From the NCBI RefSeq assembly GCF_009914755.1, contig NC_060929.1: DNA of 64,000 bases. One strand, written 5' to 3'. This DNA is from the human T2T-CHM13v2.0 reference genome, Homo sapiens. The position numbers and the translations under genes were made by a program. Below are positions 54,721-64,000 of this stretch, piece after piece (position 1 is the stretch's first letter; the number at the start of each line of letters is the position of its first letter). Under the pieces are notes generated by a model. That model was not told the DNA's origin, made no database searches, and saw nothing but the letters and a program-made list of their open reading frames with translations.

Positions 54721-54789
54721 ATGCTCCCCTCTTCCCCTACCCCCAAACAGTACCATTATCATCTGAGCCCTCTGCAGGCTGTCCCCCCA

Positions 54790-55112
54790 CAGACACACCA
54801 ACAGTTTCTTGCCTAAGTCTCATGGCCTAAAGGAACATTCTGATCAGGAGGTGGTGCTCTGCCCACTTGTCAGGGAGCTATCCCAGGAGTGACCCTCAAC
54901 TAATGAGGGTTAGAAATTGCTGGATAACTTGCTCACCCCTCCATAGGACAGCTCTGAGATGTGCTCTATACAGTTTCTTAAAGAGTCCCTAGTAGGGCCA
55001 AGTCCTATTTACCCATAGCAGAAACCTGCTCATTAATTCACCCAGTATTGGCTTCTCTTCCTTTCCCCTCTTACTCTCACATTCACTCACTATGGTTCTT
55101 GGACTCTCCCCC
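54790..55112 (+). mobile_element. LTR16-type ERVL LTR
   Basis: gtgaccctcaactaatgagg, ggacagctctgag, aacctgctcattaa.tcaccc.gtattggcttc. Confidence 0.65.
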
Positions 55113-55124
55113 CAAAAAAATTCC

Positions 55125-55230
55125 CATAACGTTAGGGGAAGCTGGATGAGAAGTCTACAGGAATGCCCTGTACTATCTTTGCAACTCTTCTGTTAGTCTA
55201 TAATTGTTTCAATATCAAAAATAAAAACAA
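55125..55230 (+). mobile_element. L1MC/ME 3' terminus
   Basis: ttaggggaagctggatga...ctgtactatctttgcaactcttctgt. Confidence 0.65.
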
Positions 55231-55313
55231 AGATAAAGTCACCTTTTCCCTGTAAATACCAGAATTGTAGTGGCATGCACCCCTGCTGGTTTTATTCAAA
55301 AACTCTGACCCCT

Positions 55314-55598
55314 GGCCAGGCACAGGGGCTCACACCTATAATCCCAGTGCTTTGGGAGGCCAAGGTGGGAGGATCACTGGAGCCCAGAAGTTCAAAATTT
55401 GCCTGGCAACATAGCGAGACCCTGTCTCTACAAATAAAAAATTAAAAGTTAGGGCATGGCAGCATGTGACCATAATCCAAACTACTTGGGAGGCTGAAGC
55501 AGGAGCATCAGTTGAGCCCAGGAGTTTGAGGTTATAGTAAGCTATGATCATACCACTGCACTCCAGCCTGGACAACAGAGAGAGACCCTTGCTCTAAA
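55314..55598 (+). mobile_element. AluJo/Jr
   Basis: ggaggatcactggagcccag, caacatagcgagaccctg, gagtttgaggtta..gtaagctatgatc. Confidence 0.92.
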
Positions 55599-55944
55599 TA
55601 TACATATTAGGTCCCCAAAAATGTCCTCCAGCTTTTTCTAGGAGTTCTTTCAGTTTTCTCTCACATGTACTCAGCATTGCTGCTGCCTCTACTGTAAATA
55701 CTTCGTATTAAGTCATTACTTCACTGGACACAACTAAGATTCACCATCACCTGTTGCTGCCATAGTATCTACCCTTGAAGGAAGGGAAGCTCTTCCCTTG
55801 GCTACTCCATCTCAAGGGTGCCACAAGATTTTCCATTAATTTATCACTGCAAATTAGAGAGTAGGCTGTTTTCTTCTGGAAGACTTCTGGCCTTGAGTTT
55901 TATTTTTCACTAAATTTTTTCTCACTTCATACATTAACAATAAT

Positions 55945-57150
55945 TTTTTAATGGGTCATAGGCTTAAATATAAAACCCAGAACCATTAGTCTTCTAGAAA
56001 AAAAAAGTAAGAGAATATCTTTGTGACCTTTGTGTAGGCAAAGCTTTTTGGACAGGATGCAAAAAGCCATACAAGAAAAAATTGATATGTTGGACTTCAA
56101 CAAGACTGAAAATTTCTACTCATTAAAGTATGCCATTAAGAAAATGAATTAAGCCATAGACCAAGAAATAATATTTGCAGCACACATATGTGACAAAGGT
56201 CTTGTATACAGAATATGTTTTAAAATATCCTGCAAATCAACAATAAAATTCTGTACAATTTAATAAAAAGTTGGCAAAAGACATGAACAGACATTTCATA
56301 AAAGAAGATATATGAATGGCCAATAACCACATGAAAAGGTGCTCAACATCATTAGTCATCAGACAGATGCAAATTAACATATGTAAAATACCATTTCAAC
56401 CCCCACCAGAATACCTAAAATTTAAAAAAATACTTGAAACACAAAATGTTGATAAAGATGGAAAGCAACAGGAACTCTGATAAGAAGGTAGAGTAGTACA
56501 AGTTTGGAGAACTGTTTGGTAGTTTCCAATAAAATGAAGTGCATGTCTTAACTTTATTAGTAGTAGAAAATTCTAATCCTAGGTATTTACCCTGGGTTGG
56601 GGAAGCAGGGAGGGACACGTCCACAGAAAGATTTGTGAAAGAATATTCATTCATAATAGCCCAAATTAGAAACAACTCAATGTCCATCAATAAGAAAATT
56701 AATACACAAATTGTGGCATATTCATGCATTGGACTACTACTCAGCAATAAAAAAGAATAAACTACAGGGCAGGCACAGTGGCTCACGCTTTAATGCCAGC
56801 ACTTTGGGAGGCTGAGGTGGGTGGATCACTTGAGGTCAGGAGTTCAAGACCAGCCTGGCCAACACGGCAAAACCCTGTCTCTACTAAAAATACAAAAATT
56901 AGCGTAAGCATGGTGGCGCACAGTAGCTGTAGTCCCAGGTACTTGGGAAGTCCCAACTACTCAGGGGACTGAGGCAGGAGAATCACTTGGACCCAGGAGG
57001 CAGAGGTTGTAGTGAGCCGAGATTGTGCCACTGCATTCCAGCCTGGGCAACAGAGCAAGACTCGCCCTCAACAATAAAAAAATGAACTACTGATTCATGT
57101 GACAACATGGATGAACCTCAAATATATTATGTTAAATGAAACAAGAAGAA
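55945..57150 (+). mobile_element. L1ME/MD ORF2 3' region split by an Alu
   Basis: atatctttgtgacctt, gaacagacatttcataaaagaagatata..aatggccaataa, aacatggatgaacctcaaa. Confidence 0.8.
56767..57080 (+). mobile_element. AluSx-like with an internal 18-bp tandem duplication
   Basis: Full Alu; degenerate TSD aat(a/g)aactac; agtccca..tact..gg occurs twice. Confidence 0.92.
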
Positions 57151-58022
57151 AGAAAGACAATCAGCTGCGGGAGGCAGTGTTAGGGCATTACTTTATTTCT
57201 GAGCTTCTCTCCTTGACTAACCCCAAGGCCAAAATAAGTAAAGTGAATTCATTAGTAAGCATGTCTAACACCCAACCAATACCATGTGTTCCACCCATTC
57301 AGAGCTTTGGGATGTCAGGAATTAACCCCCAGTGGGCATCACTCATCAAGTATTAATTACAATTGCTGCTTGCTCAGATTTTTCTGGAGATAGGATAGGA
57401 CAGCCCAGATTTCATCCAAATCCCAGAGGAACATTTCCTCTAGAAACCGGACCCTGCCACATCAGACATGACAAGGCTTCCAAGCAGTGGACAAGGCAAC
57501 CATCCAGGAGACTGGCAGTCACTGGCTGGCTCTGCCAACACCCCACGCAGCTGTCAGCATGACAGGACAGAAAGGGGCAGCCCTCCTACAGCCCCCAGCA
57601 GAAGCCACACATTGTATGGTGGGGCAGGAGCCACTGGAAGCAGGACAGGGCTATTTCAAACTATGAATTGGGAGCAAACATGGCAAATTGTGGCCTCATT
57701 CCTAAGCAGGAGCAAAGTCATTCTGGTTACCAACAGTGCCCAGCCCCACTGCCAAGATTGCATAGGCTTTCAGTGGGAAGAGCCTTCTGCTTGGGGTTTT
57801 AATGGCCCCTAAGAAGGTGAAGGAAATAGGCTAAGAGAATGGTCAGCAGGTTTTTTCCTTGCTGTCCGGGGAACACAAACAATGCCATTACTAGACTCCT
57901 TGAAAGGGAAATGGCCATCCAGGTACCCCTTCCTGAACCCAGGCCTGGGGCCTCAGGCCTGCTGGCCAGTGGGCAGCCTGCTCAGTGTGCTGCTTCCAAA
58001 GCAGTTTCCAAGAGCAACTGAA

Positions 58023-58368
58023 AGCTACAGCATGGGTGAGCCTGGAAGACATAGCACTCAGTGAAATATGCTAGTCACAAGAAAGGACACATGCTGCATG
58101 ATTCCACTTATACAAGGTACCTAGGAGAGTCCAATTCTTAGAGACAGAAAGCAGCATGGTGGTTGCCAGGGATTAGGGGTAAGGGTGGAAGGGGATGGGG
58201 AGATATAGTTTATTGCCTATGGGGTTTCAGTTTGGGAAGATGAAAAAAATTCCCAGAGATGGGTGTTGGTTGTACAATAATGTGAATATATTTTATGCCA
58301 CTCAACTGTACACTTAAAAATGGTTTACATAGTAAATTTTATGTTATGTATATTTTACCACAATTTTC
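58023..58368 (+). mobile_element. L1MB 3' end
   Basis: gcatgattccactta..aaggtacctag...gagacagaaag..gcatggtggttgccaggg...gtttcagtttgggaagatgaaaaa...gtatattttaccacaat. Confidence 0.88.
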
Positions 58369-59149
58369 TTTTAAAAAGTAGCTGGGGAAGGGATATTCCC
58401 AATCATGTCTCCCATGCTATGAGGTCATCTTGTCCATCAGTTCTGCTCCTTGGACTGTGTCCTGACCCAGGTCTATACGTAAGCACAACTCTAATTTTTC
58501 CAGAATGTGCATTTGGGCTTAGAAAGACCTTTCTTCCTCATCCTTCCCCCAGCATACCGCCTCATCACACACCTATCAGGGAGGTGAGTTGGTCAGTAGA
58601 ATTATACTGAAGGATTAAGTCAAAATATTTAAAAAAAAAAAAAATTCAGAGAGGTGATCCTGACCAAGATAGCAGGAAGAGGGAGGTAGGTAGCCATCCC
58701 TGGGTGGTGTAGCCAATAATGTTTTCCTACACGACTCCTCGTTCCACTACCTCCTTTCCTCACCAGATATTTCTTCCCCAAACCTGGCCTCAGGTCTCCT
58801 GCTCAAGAAAAAAATCCTATTTTTAGGAAAGAAGCTCAAGACTCATTCCATGGAAATATAAAGTAAAAGTTTTAACTTGTTACCTCTAGCAGGGTTATTG
58901 TATCTGTAAACATGGTGTTAGCAGGAGAAATCTAGCTGTGGGATTTTAGGGAGTAAATAAAAGGGTGGTAGGGCAGGAGGTACAAGAAGGTCTTCAGAAA
59001 CTCCTGAAGGAGTATTTAAAGGCCGTCTACTCATCAACTACAGGCAGCCTTCAGCTTTTTCTCTGCAAAGATTTATTTCTACTAGGGCCCACTCCCAGAT
59101 TCCTGAGCATAGGAAGAAGAAAAAGCAAAAACTCTGAAAAGTAAATACG

Positions 59150-59295
59150 ATAGCTACTTTTTGTTAAGCATTTACTCTATAAAATACATTATCTTATTTA
59201 ATCCTTCCAGCTGCCTTGGGAGCTGCTTGGGAGAACATTATTATTCACATTTGACAAATATGGAAACAGACTTTGAAAGCAAAAGCAATTGCCTT
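59150..59295 (-). mobile_element. MIR fragment
   Basis: atcttatttaatcctt...attattattcacatttgacaaatatggaaacaga. Confidence 0.55.
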
Positions 59296-59509
59296 TTTTA
59301 AATATCTACATAAACACACGGATAGTCTTGGAGTTGTTTATTTTCATTTTGGGGGGTTTTGCCACATTTTCACATTTCCCTTTTCCTCCATTGACAACTC
59401 CTTCTCTTGGACCCAAAATACCAGCACCGCAGGCAGGAGATTATAGAAGTCAAGAGCACAGTTTGGAGTGAGAGAACCCCATGTTTGAACTCATCACTTA
59501 TTTGTTGAA

Positions 59510-59511
<2 letters not shown>

Positions 59512-59550
<39 letters not shown>
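59512..59550. repeat. (GT)19 microsatellite
   Basis: Seen directly. Confidence 0.97.
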
Positions 59551-59553
<3 letters not shown>

Positions 59554-59784
59554 CATCAGATCATGTCTGAGAGAGCGTGCATGTGTGTAAATCAACCCTA
59601 TCTAAGGACCAGTCTTTATGTAATAAAATTACTCATCTTTAGAATGAAAATCCTTAAAAAGATGTCTGAAAACATACATCAGAACTGAAAACTATGAACA
59701 CACTCTATCTGGTTAGGTCTTCATCAAAGAACATGTTTTTGCAATCCAGATTGTATATAACCCTCCAATATTTATGATTCTGTA

Positions 59785-60480
59785 AGCATTCTTTTAACAA
59801 CAAATATATTAGGCACCCCAGTGGGATAGCAGATAAAAAAATTAATAAGATTCCACCCTTATCCTCAAGTAGTCCACAGTCCTGTAAAGGATATAGACAG
59901 GAGACATGTAAATGAGTAGAACAATAAGTGATAATACAGAGATGGACGCAGTGCTGTGAGGTCACAAAGAAAGGGGTGCCTCAAATAAGTAGGAATATGC
60001 CAAGGGAAAAAGATGGGAAAAGCACTCCAAGCAGAAGGAAGATTGTGTGCAAGGATACAAAGGCTTAATAAATACGTCACTTCCAGACAACTACAAGTAG
60101 TTCACAGCTGGTACACAGGTAAGGGCTGTGGCAGGTGACAGGACCAGTCCAGTAGGCCAGGGCAGCTGGAATGCCTCTTCAGTCTTGAATGAGCTTGAAT
60201 TTCACCCTATAAGCGACAGGAGGCTGTTGGAGATTTTTAACCCAGCGGTAACATGATGAATGTTCATGTCACAAAGATAGCTTAGGCCATCGCTGTGTGG
60301 AAAATGGACTGGAAGGAAGTGGAAACATGGAGACCCATGAAAGTTCCTGCAGTGATTCAAGTGAGAGAATAACGGAGCTTGAACAACAAATTCAAAAGAC
60401 TGTCAGGGACATTGGACAGAATTTGGTGAAGAGACGGGTATTAAACAGGAAATTATTTAAAATGATTCCAGTGTTTTAGG
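59785..60480 (-). mobile_element. L2
   Basis: ttaacaacaaatatatt.ggcacc...cactccaagcagaaggaa...tgtgcaagg...atttttaa..cag..gtaacatgat. Confidence 0.7.
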
Positions 60481-61369
60481 CTCATACATTAGCCAACTTT
60501 CCAGCAAAGAGAGGGACACACCTTCTCCAGTGAGCTTAACAGCACATCATGGAAGCACACAGAGCATCTAAAGCCCCATGAGTCCCCTCTACAAGGTTAG
60601 GGTGCCACATAAAAGCAAACTTTCATTCCTGTCATCTGCTCCCCTCGCCACTTTGTCTCCCATCCTGCTTACAATGGTTCCATATACAAAAAACCCATCT
60701 TGAAAGCTGGTCCTTCTGCACACCCTGCTGCCCATGCCAACCCTGAAGGCACAAACACAAGCTTTGCCCAATTCATTTTTGTGGGCTTCCCTAGAATTCT
60801 TTCCTTGGGGTTTCTAAAATATAATTTCAAGCAACTTGTCATCATGGAGCAGCACACCTTTATTTTTAAAGCCACAGTGAGTGCATCTGGGCCTCTAAAG
60901 AATTCTGAAACCCATACATGTCCTTAATTGATCCAGCGGTCAAGTGCTGCCAGACAGTCCACGTGGGTCAGCTGAAACACCCACATGTGGTTTGCCTGCC
61001 CCAACCTAAGCCATGCAGTTAGCCAAGTCTGTCAGTGATACCCTCTGGGCTCAAGTGTCTTTGGGACTAATTGCCTGCCAGTCACAGCCAGACAGGGCAC
61101 ATTTATTCCTCCTACCTGGGGGAACATTTAGTTTTATGAATTTTTCATTACAGCTTTTATCTCTAATAAAGATGTACATGAATATTAGCTACAAAAATGT
61201 TCATCAAATCATTGAATTAGCAAAAAGTTGCAACTCATCCTGTTGGAAACAATAGGATACAATTAAATTAAAATCTATCAATACTAGGGAATAGTATGTG
61301 ACTCATAAAAATGTTGTTTCATAAAATGATCTATTGATATGAAAAGATGCTCACTACAGAATGCTTTCC

Positions 61370-61485
61370 CTAGAACATAAGTTCCATGTAGGCAAGGGCT
61401 TTGTTTTCATCAGTGTACTCTCTGTGCCCAGAACAGGGCCGGGCACACCACAGGCATTCGTTAAATATCTACCGATTGAATCAAT
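61370..61485 (+). mobile_element. L2 3' end, adjacent to L1ME-like relic sequence (~61250-61620)
   Basis: ctagaacataagttccatgtaggcaaggg...cccagaacagggccgggcac...taaatat..gattgaat. Confidence 0.7.
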
Positions 61486-63329
61486 ATAAGTGGAAAAGCA
61501 GATGACAAAAGAATATGGTTTCATTTCTGTAAAAATATACATGCACAGAAAAAATCTAGAAACATATACATCAAAATGTTAGCAGTAGTTTTCCCTGCAT
61601 GGGTGGGCCATTTTATACTCTGTTTTGTCTCTTTTTTTCCCACTCTGTGAGCGGCACAAGGTGCTATTACAACAAGGTTCAAAACACAAAAGGAACTATC
61701 TGGGGGGTTAAAATGCCATTACAAACTCAGTGCTAACTTTTCAAGGTCATCTATGAACCCAATGCCCCTTACATGCCCGAATAACATTACGTTATCTATC
61801 CATAACCCCACATGTAACCCAAAGCACTAATTTGCGCTAACATAGAACAGAATCCCTGTATCCTGCATCTGAGTTGACCCCTTAGCTTTAGCCTCATTCT
61901 TAACCTGGATTCCACCCACTGCCCTCAGGACTCCTATCACTCTTGCTAGAGCCCCATCCTAGCCTCTCCTTACTGAGCTCTGCAAAAGCATCCAATTCCT
62001 CTCAAACAGGAAAAGGACATTTTACCACTCTCTCCATATAAACAGCTTGCCCACGTTTGCAGTTGGACTCCTCCCCTTACTACACCAAGCGTGAGAGTGT
62101 GAACACTTTTCACCCAGTTTCTCCACAGGCAATTTGAAAAGTACCCGAAGGCGTCACCTGCTGGGGCCTAGCCCCAGTTAAACTGTGACTGCCCTGGAGG
62201 AAAATATGGCAAGCAAAAACACTGAAACTTCAAAAAATCAGCTTACATCAATTGCCTGGTACCAACACCAGTGCACATAATCCTCTCCTGGCTGAGCTAA
62301 TTGGCTTAGCTTGCTGATGATTTTACAGCACCAGAAGCTGTTCTCTGATTGTAGGAATGAACGTTGCCAAATGATCTTAAACCATAGCCCAGACGGCCCA
62401 GTGCCACCAGAGGCATATCTGGGAAAAGAGCTATTTTAAACGAATGCTCCTGTGGGTATAAGGATCCTTTTCTGTCTAGACTCCTGCTAACACCTGTTGC
62501 TCACTCATCCTGCCCCAGTTCACCTCCTTTTCGACAGCCATGTGGCCAAGACAAGCCATGGCCACCTGACAGGGCCTGAAATGCGGCCACGTGAACAGCA
62601 AATCCAGGCAGCCCAGGCATCGCATGCTCTGGCACAGTGTGTTGGGCCCCAACAGCTCTGCTGCCAGGTGTCAAGGAGCCATTTGCAGGCAGAAAGCAGA
62701 CCTGGCAAGGCAATATTTTAAACTTTCAGCATGGCCAGGGAAAGGAGACTTCTTCCAGAGACTCTGCCATGCAAATCAGCATCAAGCAAGTAGAAGGAGA
62801 GGATGGCTGCATTTTGGTTCAACCAAACCCTTCATACCTAAAGCCCCTTTACCACGTCCCCAGTAGGTGGTTGTCTAGCCTATCCTTGAATCCCCCTGGT
62901 AACCAAGAAGCTCACTACCTCATAAATAGCTCATGAGGCAGTCTTCCTTATACAGTGCTGAATTCCTTCCTGTGGCCTTTGCTCCTCTTGTTACGCTTTA
63001 GAAAGTTATATAGAATGAATCTCATATGTCACTCATGTAATTCCATTCAAATCAATCTATGTTTCTGCATAAAACAGTTCAGATTCATGCGAGTAAGTGA
63101 GCACTGGAATCTTGGGGGGAGTTTTTCAATTTCTGGAAGCTTACAGCCTGGGTTTTAATAAGACCTGGGGATAAGAGACTAAGCCTGGGCAGGGTTGGAG
63201 GTCAGATCTGAGATCACTGCATAAAGCCAGGACTCCAAAAGGGCAGTCCTCAGAGGGATGAAAAAACAGTTTCATATCAACAGTAAAGATCCTGTTTGAT
63301 TCAACCTAGATTCTGGACAGAACAGGGAA

Positions 63330-64000
63330 AAAATATTTTCCCAAAAGCTTCCTAAACACAAGTTCATATTCTTTGAAGAAAGTATTCACACTACATATGT
63401 AGACTGAAAAATTCAAGCTGAAATCTTCATTTAAAATGGTCCTGAGTTAGTCATGGAAAACCAAAGCAAATCCACTCTGAAGGAACACACTTTAAACCCA
63501 AGCCTTAAAGAATTATGAAAGATAAAGTTTCAAGTAACATCAGCTCAAAATCAAAAACCACCAAACATACAAGGAATGTTAAAGAGTAAAAAGTATCTAC
63601 GGTGATACAGAGTAAAAAGAAAGAAAAAAATGTAGAATCAGAACCATACAGATTTCAGCTATTATAATTATCAGATACAGAGAGTAAAATGTGCTTAATG
63701 TGTTTCTTTTTAAGTTTTTTTAAGTTTTGGGTATATGACAAAGGAAAAAAGAAAGCTTATCAAAATTAACAGTTCAGATTGGAAAAATAACAAAATAGAA
63801 CTTCTACAAATTTTTTTAATGTAAGAATTGAAATTATAAACTCAGTTGATGAGTGAGCCTACAAAACTGGAAAGAGAATGAGTAAATCAGAACACAGGTT
63901 TGAAAAAATCCACAAAATGATGCACAGAGACAAAAAAAATTGCAAAAGATGTTAAGAGATATGGATAAAATGAGAAGGTCCAACATATGTCCAATCTGAA
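63330..64000 (+). mobile_element. Old L1/HAL1 ORF1 region, runs off the window
   Basis: aaaatagaacttcta.aaat, gaaattataaactcagttgatgag, gaaagagaatgagtaaatcagaa, tgagaaggtccaacatatgtc.aat. Confidence 0.7.

Noticed and set aside
55945-58368. Possible single L1 with an ~870-bp captured insert
   Set aside because: The two pieces overlap by about 45 bp in L1 coordinates with different sequence, and I saw no TSD. Independent insertions are more likely.
62860-62874. CTCF-like CCAGTAGGTGGTTG (also ~44958 and ~54844)
   Set aside because: Mismatches at informative core positions; not supportable without PWM scoring or ChIP data.

Overview
Primate (human-like, catarrhine/hominoid) genomic DNA, CpG-depleted, intergenic or deep intronic. 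I recognise no protein-coding gene, RNA gene or CpG island. The ORFs in the supplied track are transposon remnants (L1 ORF2 C-terminus, antisense Alu, LTR) or chance ORFs. Roughly half the window is transposon-derived. It holds nine Alus (J, S and Y age, including a left/right chimeric monomer), a 5'-truncated L1PA4-like copy with a 21-bp target-site duplication (TSD), and older L1MA/MB/ME pieces. It also holds MaLR LTRs (THE1C, MSTB, MLT1A, MLT1I/J), ERV1 LTRs (MER4A, LTR1, LTR27/28-like), ERVL LTRs, DNA-transposon MITEs (MADE1, MER81, MER113, MER102, MER5), many MIR/L2 fragments and CR1/L3 relics. The best leads are several well-formed + strand splice-site pairs that could belong to a spliced lncRNA, an inverted-Alu/MADE1 dsRNA-prone cluster, nested insertions, small templated rearrangements and a few enhancer-like motif clusters. 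I found no convincing evidence of a new biological system. Repeat subfamily calls come from recalled consensus sequences, and boundaries of old repeats are approximate.
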